The translations under genes and the position numbers were made by a program. A stretch of DNA of 52,436 nt, filler included, from Bipalium vagum (lineage: Eukaryota): assembly GCA_037834085.1 (NCBI GenBank). It is 3 parts of 3 records of this genome, joined end to end, with 100 filler letters (N's around TTAATTAATTAA, not from the genome) between each part and the next. Parts side by side here need not be neighbours in the genome. Positions count along the whole stretch, not along the records: positions 35,620 to 52,436 come from JBBMKC010092483.1; 2 more parts are not named here. One strand, written 5' to 3'. Shown piece after piece: positions 37,461 through 51,374 of the stretch (positions are counted from its first letter, which is position 1; every line of letters begins with the position of its first letter). The notes under the pieces were generated by a model. That model was given only the letters and a program-made list of their open reading frames with translations, searched no databases and was not told the DNA's origin.

Positions 37461-37709
37461 GAATTTCGGACTCCTTAAAAATCATGACTTTCATATTCGT
37501 GAAAAAAAAAACCAAATATAATTCGTAATTAAAATGTGTATCTAATTGAATATGTAATTTGAAAATAATATCTGATTTTTTTATAAAATACGTTGAACAT
37601 TTTTGATAAAATATCTATAATTTTTTGTAAGCAGTTTTTTATTTTTATACTAGGTCGTTCGAAAAGTCTATGGTTTAACAAAGAAAAACAATTTTATAAA
37701 ACATGTATG

Positions 37710-37945
37710 TAGTGTGCCCAATAAGCTAGGATCGTGAACAGAAAGAGTCGAGTCTCTGAATTGTATTATCTGCTTGACAACGCACCTATTCACATTAGTG
37801 AATTATTAACAACAGCAATTAAGGATTTTTGCTTGATTTTACTTCAACATCCTCTCTACAGTCCAGATTTGGCTCCTTTCGATTTCTTTCTGTTCAAATA
37901 CCTCAAGCGGGAACTAAAAGGCAAGAAATTTTCATCAAAAGACGT
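37710..37945 (+). mobile_element. mariner DD34D fragment, same family as 43028-44244
   Basis: DNAPIH...HPLYSPDLAPFD with 34 residues between the Ds; nucleotide-similar to ~43838-44022. Confidence 0.9.
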
Positions 37946-40064
37946 GTGAAGAGACGACCAAACAGTCAGTAAGATATTTTATCTTTCGTTTTTGAACTTT
38001 TTATTTATTCTAGGTTTTTCTTCTAGATACGAAATGTATAAGAAATAAAAATAACACCATCGGACAAGTAGGCGATGTTAATATGTATGTAGAATTTAAT
38101 GTGGAACAAAAGTTGAATTATATTCTCTGTGAGATGAAGATTGTACAAGGGTTTATTCACATTTCTTGTATTATTGGTGAAACCATAAATTTAGATATGA
38201 GGAGGCTAATCAGACCTGTGGAATTTTTTAATTATTTATTGTAATTATTTTAAAAAAATAATTATTAATTTAAGTATGTATATATTGATTCATATTTTAA
38301 AATATTTGAAAGTATATATATGAATGAAATTTTAAAAGTAAATTTATTTTTTAAATTAAAAAAGAATTTCCAGATCTGAGAAAATTTATTTAAATATTAT
38401 TTGTTTTATCACTTAATGAATTTATTTGAAAATGACTTCTAGTTTGAATGGAAAACATATTGATATTAACATGGCGACCACTTCAAAATAATTTTGAGAA
38501 TTGAAATTGTTGTTTTTTTTAAGAATTATTTAAGTTCAGTTTTCATATCAAACAGATGCCTGAAAAAATGGTAAAGCAAGAAAAATTAGATTTAAATATT
38601 ATTAATTATATTATTATTAATAATAATTGGATAATGTGCTAAGATTAATTTCGATTTAAAAGTAGAAAGTAGAAGTTAATGGAATTCTAATAAAAATAAT
38701 AGAGGACATTGGTTTATAGATTTATATCCCATTTGGAAATGGTATTTTTAATTTTTAAAATATATTTACGTTAGAAACAATGAGATTAGAATAAAATTAA
38801 TCAACCACTGAATTCATAAAATTTAATTTTATTAAACGATAAAATATTGAGTATTGAAAAAATTTAACAATAAAAAATAATCTTCATGTAAAGAAAACAT
38901 TTTTTAAAAGTGGAAATATTATTGAAAAATTAAAATATATGTTATAAAAGAATTTAATTACAAATGAAAAATAAATAAAGAGAAAATAATTATGAAATAA
39001 TTTCTATTTTGTTAAATTGATCAATTATGATTATTTATTAAATTTAATTATTAGTTTATATTAACTATTTGTTATTTTAGTTAATTTCGATTTTTTATTT
39101 CTTAATTATAAAATTATTAATTTCTTCATTTAATTATTTTTGATATGTTTGATGTTCATTATTTTGTTTATTGATTTAATTAAATTTTTGAAAAATAAAA
39201 TATGAGAAAACATAAAAATAATAAAAATGCTATCTGATATAATTGAAATAAAATTAATAAATATTAATTTTAAAATCACAAAAAAATATTACATGCAGTA
39301 TTATCCACAAAAAACTTTGAGTACAATAAAAACAGATAATACAAATATAAAATTCATATAAATAAATATTCTAATAAAAGTGAATATTACTTCATTATAA
39401 AAATGATAAAATATTATTAATATTGGTGAAAAAAAATATTTATCAAAATATCTTAGAAGACTAAAATTTATTTTTAATCAAAAATCGTGCTTTTGAGAAT
39501 TAGATCATAACAGACAAATGAACTTTTTCGAAGAAATTCAATGATAAAACATTCATTTTCAATTTTTTTCTTTCAGACGTCCTGGTATTTTTATATATAT
39601 ATATATATATTTTTAATATTATTCTTTGAATTTAATATACATCCTAACAAAAATTATACAGCTTCAGTTTTCTTAGATTTTTTGTTACTATATGGTCAAA
39701 TTTAAAATGAAAATATTAAAAATATTTATTCTGACATATTAAAAGAATCATCTATTTAGGTTACTCAAAATGTTGAAAAAAAGATAACCGTCTTAAGGGC
39801 GACGACATAAGCTTCAAATGTTACAGATTAATGACCATTTAAACTGTTACCATTTTAACTAGTGTAACTAAGACTCCCTCTAACCGTTATGGAGCATGTT
39901 TTGGAAATAGTTTTTTAAAGTAATATGATATTATTGTTTATCAGGTTATTTCGAGTTATTCATTGAACGGTTGTTAATATTAAACATATGTATATTGTAT
40001 TTATTAAATGATAGTAAGGAGTAAATAAAATATATTTCATTTGTTCATATGGTTGAAAACAATC

Positions 40065-43000
40065 TTAATTAAGTGATAAACTGGATACATCAAAATTGTT
40101 ATCTCCAGTTCCTCTTATACCAAAGAGAGGATTTGATTCCATTAGACTTGAGCTAATTTCGATTTCGTTGGTTTCATTGTCCGAAAGCATTATTGGTTGT
40201 TCAGGGGTGAAGCGTCGAATTATTCGACGACTAGAAAATATATGGAAGGATGGAGACCTTATTCTCCTTATTGAATTGACAGAGTCAGATAAGTTTTCCT
40301 TTTCATTTGATTGTTCTTTACCTGGTAAAAGATTTTTTTGATCAGTTCCAGATTTATGATAATCAATGTTTTCCACTGTTGAACAAAATGTAAATGGTAC
40401 TTCTGGGCTGATTGATCTGCTTAAGAAATTGCTATTTTCCTGATTTTCCATTGTTGTAGAATATTTATTGTCCCTTTGAGGACTGGAGATTTGGATATTG
40501 TTTTGTAATTCAGACTGTGAAGTATTCTGGCTATTATTGGATAACTGGATTTATATAAATTTTTACAAATATTAATAAATCAATTTTATTACCCTATCTG
40601 ATTAAGTAAAGAAACTTTTAGATATTTGATCATATATTCAGTATGAAGATAAAAATAAACTATTTTGAAATCCAACCTTCACTAATGAAAATTAATATAA
40701 AACGTATGTTTAAAAGCGGTTAAGATAATTAAATAACTTATTGCTAAATTTTAATCTTTTTAATTTCAGGAGAAATATAATTTAGGAAAAACTACACTTT
40801 ACCAAGTACCACTACACTTTTTACTACCACTAGGTAACCAAAATTACAAAAAACTAAAAGATATAAGTGGAGTTTAATCTTAATTCTTATTATTTTTACT
40901 TTTAATAATAATAATAAGTTTATCCACACTCGCAATTAATTTTCCTGGTTTATTAAAAATATATACAATGTCAAGAAATGTCTATATCGCGAAAAATAAT
41001 GAGAATCACAGTATATTAACCACAAAAAATTGATTTTAAGAACAAACTTATGTTTTGTGAAGGTTGGTTTCGTATTTCTTAAAGATAACAAAAAATATAA
41101 TTTTATTATAACTATTATATTTCATTTAATCTTCAAATATTTTGATACATCTAAGATTTAAAATTCAGCACATATTAAATAATAATACTGAATTGCAAAA
41201 ACAATTGAAATCGTGATCTGAGAGCATAAAATTCATTATTATAATTATACAGCATAATATGTATAAAAAGACAGAAAAATCATTGCATGCTTGTGAAATA
41301 TTTGGACTCAAAAGCTTAATATCGATAACGAGTGCAAGGGTCAATGTATATATGGTTATATACCGTTTGCACCAAACCCAGGAAAAAAGAGGAATAAAAT
41401 GGACAAAAAATTACAAGTATTTTATTAATGACAAATATAATATACAGTAAATGGGATACATTAGTTTTCTCTATATTATATTCTCGAAATGATTTCCTCT
41501 AACAGATAATTCAATTCTTCATAGGGGTTTGATATCATCTCAAATTGTGGAAATCCTTAGCACTTTATATGTTAACTCTCACTCTTGTATAAATCTAATA
41601 ACCAAGTAATTTTTGAAACAGGATGTCATTATGAGGATCTCTAAATCACCTTAATCTTCCGACATGAACCTAACGGATGGTTTCAAAACCATGAATTTAT
41701 TTTATAAAGAAAATTATAAAATTATTCTATTCTTTCGACAAATTAAAATTGCTCTTAGAAGAGTTTTTTGTGAGATCAGACAAGATAAAGGCTTGTACGT
41801 GACATAAACATAACTTTTCTGTGTACCGAGCACTTGGGATTATTTGACCAGAATTCAGTATTTCAAAGTAATTTAAGCCATTCATGTTTCACCACAGCAT
41901 CGTGCATTTTTGGTTTTGGAGTCTGAATTGGAATTCAATAAGGTTTACAACTGCTATTCTCTGCAGTGATTTTGGAAAGTTATCTATTCAAATTCTCATC
42001 CGATGTACGGACAGAGGTAGATGTAAAAGGTTGATGTAAGATCCATTTGCTGCATATATTTATTTTGCCAATCATGAGTTTGTCAAGGAGGTGTTTTAAT
42101 GACTTCTTTAAGTCATTATCATCAACGGTTTGGAAACATCGTCTATGTTGATCTTCTTTGAGATCAACATTTCCATATTTAGATAGTTGAAACTATCTCC
42201 TGTATTGACTCTTGCTGATTGCAATATCAGCAAAAAAAATCGCCTATTGTTCGGTATGATTCAGCAGTAGACTTTAGTTGTTTAAAATGCAAAATTTTTA
42301 TTTTAGCCATCCATATTTTCTAACTAAAATTGAATGAAATGAATAATAATATTAATAAAATATTATAAACGATACAAATCTAAAAATTAAAATTAAAAAT
42401 ACATAGCTTTGATGTTAGACGCAATAATAAATATTATTCATTATTAGACGCACATTTCTAACTTAACAACCTAATATATTTCTTTGAAGCCTATGTTCAA
42501 TCAGGTGGATTATTTATTTTTTAAGGTATAATATTAAATATTCTTGGGATGGCCAAGGACACCTCCTTTGAGCTTTTCGAGTTATAAGACCGTCTAGAAT
42601 AACTATAGTAATAATAAATTAATTATAAAAACCTATAAAGGGTCTGAAATATATAATTGTTAGTTGAATAATAGTAAAATTATAATGTTATAATTATAAT
42701 TTTAAAAATTTATTATTTTAAATCTTATTACTTTGTTTTTTCTTTCTTTTACTCTTAAATACTTAAAATTTGATTTGATCCATTGATTTCATTTGCTTTG
42801 ATTTGAGTCAATTTTATATTTATTGATTGTTGATGAGATTTTGGGATTCGAGATCGATTTTTTGTGCATTATTATTTTGCAGACATTCATTTGTGTATCT
42901 TTGTGTTAAATATCGCTTGATTCAATTATTTATTTATTATTGACATAACCGAAAGGGTCAGAAACTAATGATCTACGTGTTACAAAAAGTTTCATAGTAA

Positions 43001-45770
43001 TATAGAGCGTAACAATATTAATATTTACGTTGTGTGCCAAATAATAAAAAGTGAACCTAATGTAGAAAGGTTAGTTAATAGAAAGGTAAATTCAAAAATA
43101 TTATAAATAAATAAAGTGCAATATATTATAGGTAAATGTAAGATATTTGTTTTAATATATTATTTCATGTTTATCAGGTAAAATGTCTTTAGAAAATGTG
43201 CAATTTCGGAGAGTCATTCGTTTACTCTATTTGAAGAAAAAAAGTCGAGAAGAAATTCAGAAGGAATTAGATGATTTTTACGGTGGACAAAGTCCTTCAT
43301 GAGCTACAACAAAATGATGGTACAATGAATTTAAAGCTGGAAGAACTTCCGCGGTGGACGTAGAAAAATCAGGAACGGAAAACATACATGAAATTAAACA
43401 AAATGAAAGAAGAATCACAAGAGAGCTTACCGTGCGTCTATATGTTTGAAAAAGTACTATTTAGTCATTATTGGCAAGTAGTGGTTTCAGAAAGTTGTGC
43501 TGACGATTCGTGCCACGTTTACTAACTGCTGATATGCAAGCTCACTGTTTGGAGTGCTGCCAACAGAATCTGGAAACTTTACAACGTGTTGGGGACCACA
43601 TGCTGGATAACATCATCACGATGGATGAGACGCCTCTATCTATTTATATTCCGGAGTCTAGAAGGGAATCAAAAGAATGAAAACGTCCAGAAAAGACATT
43701 TCTTCAAAAAAGATGAAGATATCATCATACGCAAAAGCCTTAATGATCTCCATTTATTGAGATGCTAATGGCGTTATTCTAACCGATTTTGCTGATTCAC
43801 GTGCTCGTCTCAACAGTGAATATTATATATATACCTTGTGCGATAAGCTAGGACATTGAGAAGGAAAAGCCGAATCTCTGAATTTACCTGCTTGACAACG
43901 CAACTATTCAAACTAGTGGATTGCCACACCCTTCCTGCAGTCCAGACATGGCTTCTTCCGATTTCTTTTTGTTCAAACACCTTAAGCGGGAGCTAAGAGA
44001 TAAAAAATTTTCATCAAAAGACAATTTGCAAAAGACTGTCCCTGATTATCTGATCGACAAATCTCCTGATTTCTTCAAAAATGTCTTCTCGCAACTTGTT
44101 ACTCGATGGAAAAATGTGTTGATGCTTCTGGGAACTTTATTGAAAAATAATTACCTGTACAAATTCATTGCTATTAATACAAAATTGTTTTGTGATCGTT
44201 TCTTGTTTTCTACCACAAGCTCAGTACTTTTTGGACACACCACGTAATTAATAAAACAAAAAACATTTTATATTATTTCATTTGTATTTTTAAATTAGAT
44301 TATTAAATTAATTACTTAAATAATTAAATAAAAATTGTTTAACATTTTATAACGTATTAATTTCTCTCCATAATTCATAATTTTATGAATTAATTTTACT
44401 AATTTTTTTTAACCTGAAATTGATTTTAAATTAATCAAAAAGTTCATCTTATTCAAAATTTTTTGTAAAGATATTTTCTGATAAAAATTTCAATTTAATT
44501 ACATTTCCATCGTCATCTCCAAAATCTCCACTAAAATTTGCTCGATCAGTAATAGTATCATCTGCTCCAAGCCATCGTTTTGGTGAATATTGCTTTTTAG
44601 GATCAAGAAGTATTTCATTTTTTTCATTGGGTATTGTTGGTTCTAAGATTAATTAAAACAAATGTTGATTTATTATAAAATTAGTTTGTTTAAAATTGCT
44701 TAAATTTAAGATAAATTTAAGATAGATTTATAAACACTTAATTTTTAATTTACCAATGTAATATTAAGAATATTTATTTAATAGAAGAATAAAATTTAAT
44801 TGATAGATGACAAAAAAATTGTTTCGTTGATTTCTTTTTTATTATTCCTTACTTCTTTACTATTTGGTCATTCAGAAATTTTTTTATACCTATCTATAAA
44901 TTTTAGTTAAAGGCACTTGTTAGTTTAAATGCTTGAATATTCAAATCGCCTGGTAGATGGCAGAAGGTCTTGGAACAAAAAATACAATACATCATTGATT
45001 AAAATAATTATTATTATCAATAAAACTTTTGGTCTTTCTTTTTACTAAAAAATGCAAAGTGACTTTCCGAACAACCAAATAATTATTTTTTACTATTTGA
45101 TTACTCAATTGAAATCAGTAATTCATTTTGATCTGTGTATTTTTTTATAACTTTAATATACTTTCATTTAAATTTCTGACATTATTATTAAGAGCCAACA
45201 GGTTTTCAATTTTTTAAAATTATTAACATTATAAAAATGTTGCAATAAATATTTTTTTATTTTTACAACTCTAAGTGCTTTAAAACGTTAACCTTAACGA
45301 GCTCAAAGTCTCCTCACTTGTTTACTTCTTGTGTCCCTATGACAGTTAAACACAGAAAATACATAATCCTTATTTAACAATTCACAATGAAAATCAATAC
45401 AAGTAATCAATAACACTATAGCTAGAACAATCTATGAATAAATGTTACAACCGCAGTCAAAATTAAATAAAAAACAATTCGAATGATAAATAATCAAAGA
45501 ATGTTAAATAGAAAAAAAGAAAATGAACAAATAATCAAATAAATTTAAAGAAAAATCGAGAAGCTAATTAACCTTCTTGACTGTGCAGAGAATAGGCATG
45601 AAAAACCTTTGCCCTGATACTTCCGACGTAAATAATAAAAATGCCGACTTACAAAAATTAAAATCACAATCAAAAAACAACTCAAAGAGGTCAAACTTTT
45701 ATTTTATATACAATTGTTACAGTAGGCTGAGCAATCCTGGAATCCACAGATAAGTTGGTAGAAAATTCCC
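40065..45770 (-). CDS. Uncharacterised multi-exon gene (structure only partly resolved)
   Basis: Terminal exon 40544-40065 (AG acceptor, 159 codons, Ser/Asn-rich). Exon ~44642-44503 EPTIPNEK..PKRWLGADDTITDRANFSGDFGDDDGN joins in phase 0. Further small exons ~45613-45574, 45680-45653 and 45770-45721 are separated by ~40-nt GT-AG introns; their frame is ambiguous. Confidence 0.5.
41990..42320 (-). mobile_element. mariner N-terminal remnant
   Basis: KSTAESYRTI...YGNVDLKEDQHRR..TVDDNDLK...KWILHQ. Confidence 0.6.
43028..44244 (+). mobile_element. Near full-length mariner element with TIRs and TA flanks; transposase pseudogene
   Basis: TA|CGTTGTGTGCCAAA ... TTTGGACACACCACG|TA. Transposase from ~43182 (MSLENVQFRRVIRLLYL..WYNEFKAGRTS..FVPRLLT..ITMDETP..DNA..SPDMASSDF) with stops and frameshifts. 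Confidence 0.92.
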
Positions 45771-47096
45771 CTTAATTGCTATTAATATTTAATATTTCCC
45801 TTTGGGTTCCGACAATTCTAAGATTATTTTGAGTTCTTGATTCAAACTCGAAAGGAAAAATTTTATCAGTCCCTAATGATTGCTAACAAAAAATTGATTG
45901 TTTTTATTAATATTAATTAACTTTATCTTTATTATTTGTGAAAGTATTTTATTATAATACTTATTATTAATTATTAATAATCAATAGAACATGTTGCGGT
46001 CTTCATCCTATTAACATCCTTGATGGGTTTATTTTCATAATAAAATCTTCGTAGATCCTTTCGGAAATCAAACTGATTAATAAAAACCTCGTTAAAAGTG
46101 ATTTGTTAACTTTTATACTGATAACTTACTTTTAAAAATGTAATGTAGATTAATTTATTATTATTAAAATGAAATGTCTGTAAAATATAGTAACAATTGA
46201 TTCAAACAGATTGTCCTGATATGAAGTAAAATAAAAATTGAAAAATTAAGAAATATGAGAGCTAAATTAAGTTAGATAAAGTCAGATGAATGGACTAAAA
46301 ATTTAAGAACTACACTTAGGTTAGTCAAATATGATATATATAAAGAAGCTTTAAATTATGAATAAAAAATATCTACATTGTCAAACCTTGACTTCGTAAG
46401 ATATCACTATGACTTGTGATGATTCGTGGACGTTGTTCTCACTAACCATTCTTCAAGTATTGTTCAAACATCTGACTTTAGGTTATTGACAATAATTATA
46501 TGAAATGGAACAAATATAAATTGGCGGTCTTGATTTCGAAAATTGTAAAACAAAAACTTGAATTTTATTTTTTTTATTCAACAGACACTACTTGTGATTT
46601 TGTTAAAACCAACAATACCATAAAACCTTCTTCAAAAATAAAACAATATACAAAGACGATTTAGTTTTTTAATTTCATTTTGAAGCTAAACAGTTGATCT
46701 TAATCATGTAACTTCTACTCATAAACTCAAGTTTTAATCTCACCTCTATTAATATCACCCCTTGAGTTCAACTTGTTTATGAATTAAAATATAGAAATTT
46801 TTCTTACTAAAAAGTATGAGAATATCATTTCCTAATCGAATATTTTGATCGCTAAAAGTGATGTTATTTTTCTTTTAGTTTGATAAAGGATGAAAAATAT
46901 TATTTTTCAGTAAGTTTTGCAACAATATAAATAAATATCCAGACACTTACCAATAATAGATACTTTAGTAGCTCCACAGCCCATTTATTAAAAGTTTTAG
47001 ATCAATGATAAATAAATTAATTAATTCAATCAATAACATTATTTATTATTAAAATGGTTTCCCAGTCAATTGTAACATTTCTAAAATCCTCGTGTT

Positions 47097-47423
47097 TTAT
47101 ACTCCAGCTTTGAAGACTTGGACCGCGGTTTGATTGTCAACCTTCAAATGGCAGAATTTGCTTTCCTCGTGGCTGACATATCTAAACAAATGTCGTTAGA
47201 ATAATAACTTTGTCTTGTAAATTATAACCGACGAAACTTACGTCGCAAAATTTTTACCAACAATCGCTTGCCAAATTTCTTCAAATTTCGTATCCAGCCT
47301 TAATTTGATCTCCTTTGCTCGATCACTGTTGGTTTCAAAAGTACTGAATACTTCAGAAACAATCTCGACAATGTCGCTACTTTCTTGGTCAGAGCAGTGG
47401 CTTGATTCAACGACGACAGTCAT
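47097..47423 (-). CDS. Dynein light chain type 1 (LC8-like), divergent, 2 exons, 88 aa
   Basis: Exons 47423-47242 and 47181-47097: MTVVVESSHCSDQESSDIVEIVSEVFSTFETNSDRAKEIKLRLDTKFEEIWQAIVGKNFATYVSHEESKFCHLKVDNQTAVQVFKAGV matches A..IK..FD....W.CIVG.NFG.YV.HE...FK.G. Confidence 0.88.
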
Positions 47424-48393
47424 TGTGAATGATCTGATTTTTAATAAGTAGATTTTGTCATTATATACCTTTTGAGTATAACAATTGTTGTAAAAGCCAA
47501 ACGGCATCTGCAAACAACAGATATAATGCAAATAAAATTGATCGTTTTTGTATTTTACAAACAATGACGCCATCATCCAGTGTCCACAGCATTTATTCTT
47601 CTGATTATTTTGTGATTTTTTCAGTAAATATTAGAAAAGCTATAAAACATCTGTACAAACTAATTTTGTAATATATTTAAACTTAATCTTTCCACTATTT
47701 CTCTTTATTTAATTTTTAAAGTTTTTTAATCCAGTCAATTTTACCATGCAGGCGCAAATGACACAATGATTAAAATTTTGTTAAACTTTTCAGAAACGAA
47801 AATTTTAAGAGTAATTAATGAATAAAAAATATTTCCAAACAATAAATAAACCGAAAATTAATTAATTGAGAAAAGGGATTTCTGATTTATGCGAAACTAT
47901 ATTTTATACAAAGAAATATTTTTTAAAGGTTTCACTATAGATTTTATAAAAAGGATAAATTTTTTCTTAGATGTACTGCCCTAATTTTAAATTATCTCAT
48001 GAATCATACTTTTATATTGTTTTATATTGTTCAAAAAAATATTTTTCTGGTATGACACGGCTCCAATTTCTTGATTTTAATGTTGTCCGTTTTTCCTGAT
48101 AATCTCTGAAAATGTTAATATTGTTACCCTTATTCCCATCGTATCTTTCTTCTAATACTCTCATTCTCTTTGATTCTTTTTATGTTAATACTCATAGATT
48201 GTTTTCTTGTCACGAGAATATCCTAAGTAAGGTTATAAAGATTACAAAACGAATAAAATCATATATAAATTATATTGTTAATGTCTTAAACTTCATTATA
48301 TTATTTGTGAGTATTTAAAATTTTTGAATTTTTATATTGTGCTTAATTATAATTTTTAATTAATTGTAAATTTAATTGTAATATTTATTTAAA

Positions 48394-48525
48394 NNNNNNN
48401 NNNNNNNNNNNNNNNNNNNNNNNNNNNNNNNNNNNNNNNNNNNNNNNNNNNNNNNNNNNNNNNNNNNNNNNNNNNNNNNNNNNNNNNNNNNNNNNNNNNN
48501 NNNNNNNNNNNNNNNNNNNNNNNNN
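48394..48525. other. Assembly gap (plain N run)
   Basis: Directly visible. Confidence 0.98.
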
Positions 48526-51374
48526 ATTATTAAGAATGGAAAATTTGTTTAAGTATTATTGTTTTAAAAAGATGCAAAAAATATAATTTTCAAACTATGA
48601 TTAATTTTGTGGATATCGCAGTAACATTAAAAATTAATTTTGTTTATTTCATTTTTCAAATTTCACATGGGAGTTGACAACAAGGGAGTTAAACATAGCA
48701 TTAATAATAGGATAATAAAAATAATTGTGAGATGGTGACCCATCTTGACGAGCTATCAAGCTCTTAAAGTATAATATTATCAACTTCATATCGTAACTTT
48801 GTCTAATTATTTAAGTTAAGTTCAATGAAAGGAAAAGCAAATTAAACATTTAGATAAGGAATTAGTGTTTGAAGATTAAGGTTTTATCGTTCTCTTTTTA
48901 ATTAAATCAACTACATAAACATAGTGAATAATTAAGATATATATTTGGCTAATTAAAAATTTACATTAAATACAATTTATTAGTGAATCGTTCCTTATTT
49001 TAATGTTGTGTTACCATTTTGTTTAAAAAATTAATTTTCTCACTCAGGCTCAGAGATCCTCAATTATTCAGTCTGATTATTATAGACAGCAACAAAAATT
49101 AAAAATAATTGGTACATACTTCTATTTTATATTTTTATACTGTTTTAACTTTATTTATTTATTTTTTCTTATAACTTCTTTCATATAATAATAATGTTTT
49201 ATAAAATGACAATAATAATACTAATATATTTATTTACTTGAAATATATATAAATAATAATATGTTTTGTATATTTCATATATTTATAATCTTATTTTTAT
49301 TTAATTAAAATATACTGGGGGCCAAAAAAAGTAATACAATTTTATTATGAAATCCATATTTTTGAGGATTCATAAGTTCGTGCGTTGTTTCTATATAAAC
49401 TTTAAAAGCAAATTGTAAATATATTATTTGTTTAAATATTAACAAGTTGCCCACTATTTGAAAGCTGAGAAACAGACGCGTAAGATAATTTTAATTATAT
49501 TAAGTTTTATGTAGTTTTTGTATATAAATCTATTCAGAAAAAAAGCATGGATAAATTAGTAATTCGTATACTTCTGAAACATTACTGGAAGCAGAATTTC
49601 AGAGCCATAGATGCTGAAAAGAAAATATATATTTTACATTATTATTACATTTTTTTGAAGGTGGACTCAGACTTTTGACGGGGACTGTATATTATGTAAT
49701 ATTAATAATATAATATAATAATGCATGTATTGTATTTCTTTAATATTTTCTTTCTAATTATTTCTTGATTATTGTATTACCTATTATTAATATATACTAT
49801 ATTATTTGTAATATATACGCTGCTCGAATTGTAAGTGAAAGAAAAAAGTAAAATTTGTATTATTTAATGTAAGAAAAGGTTAAGCAAGTTTCTTTTGCAA
49901 TAAGACAACCAAACACTCTTATATTGATTCTGTTACTGTAGGTTATTGAAAATTTTTTAAAAATTTTTTCTTCTTTTGTCGAAAATTTTCATTGTCATTT
50001 CACTTATTTTTATATAAAATACCAGTGCTAGTAAATCTAATTTATATTAGAAAGTTTTATAAACCTTCTTGCTTTGTTTTATCACTTAAAGGTATGAAAA
50101 AATATTCTTGGTCACCAAAAATTCGACTTCATTGGAAATCAATATTTTATCGATAACTCTTGAAATATTTCGTGATTAATTCAAGTTTTTAATAATTTTA
50201 AGCTTTAATGTGTTGGTATAATGTGGCTTTTCATTCAAGAAACAAAATTTAAGTTAAAATAAAACAATCAATAGAAAATTACTCAAAAATTTCAGCATTT
50301 GCAAAATCTGAATTTTCTGAACACAAAATAGTCAATAAAATATTGATTGACTGAAATTTTAACATCAAAAGGAAAAGCATTTCGGAACAATAAAAAGGAA
50401 AATTGGTTTTGGTAGACTGAGAAAAATGAGTGTATGACTGGATAGGAAAATTGTGCTTAGTCTTGGAAAATCGCAGTCTTTGCGGACCTTAGTGACTGAT
50501 TTGAAGACATAAGTGGTGTTAAACTGTGACAAAGCTACTGGGCTTGAAATTTATAGCTGCATAAGAAATTTCAAAGGCAAATTTGGTGAAGCGTCGAGAC
50601 TGGGAAATAAAGAACATTGATCAACATTAATTTTAGATGAGAGATATCAAGGACGATAAAAATAATATAATTTACACAACATGTACATTCTAATCAAAAG
50701 AGTTTTTTATGATAGTATCTTAATTAATCTTCTTTCGAATAGATTAGTCTCCACATTAATACCTATTTTTGAACCTTTATTGTTCTGTATACTTTACAAA
50801 ATGGAATGTATGGTTAACTACAAAAAACTTCAATGCAAAACAAAACTTTCATAATCACGTGTTAAAACTTCTTTTCTCAATATAAAATATGAACTTACTA
50901 AACGCCTCTTTTATCATCATCACATTACCTAAGAGTCAGACTAAATTTAATAATAGTCTACCCTCGAAAGTTTATCTATGCTGTTTTCAATAAATATGGA
51001 ATACTTAAGGAAATGGTAAATTTCAGAAAGAACCTGGCCAAAAAATTACTTAACAAATTAGACATCCTCTCTTTAAAATTTTTCCAACTTTTCTGATCTT
51101 TGATGGAATACAGCTGATGATTGTCAATAGTAGCAATCTCATTAGATTTGGCAAGTAAAATCTTATCAGAATAAAGCCCACAATGGTTTTCTATTAAATT
51201 AATATATTCAGTTATTAAATCAATTATTGAAAACTTGAGATATTTATTTATAATAGGCATTAAATATTTCGTGACTTTGGAATCTCAAATTTTTTTTATA
51301 GATCTTCGACTAATATTTTTCTTTATAAAATCTGAAAAAATACTTAACAATTTTGCACGGGTTCATTCAAATTT

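Noticed and set aside
45721-45871. In-frame TAA within an exon-like block, suggesting stop-codon reassignment
   Set aside because: The RAD54B, SWEET and LC8 models contain no internal stops, and TAA/TGA terminate genes. More likely UTR or a shorter exon.
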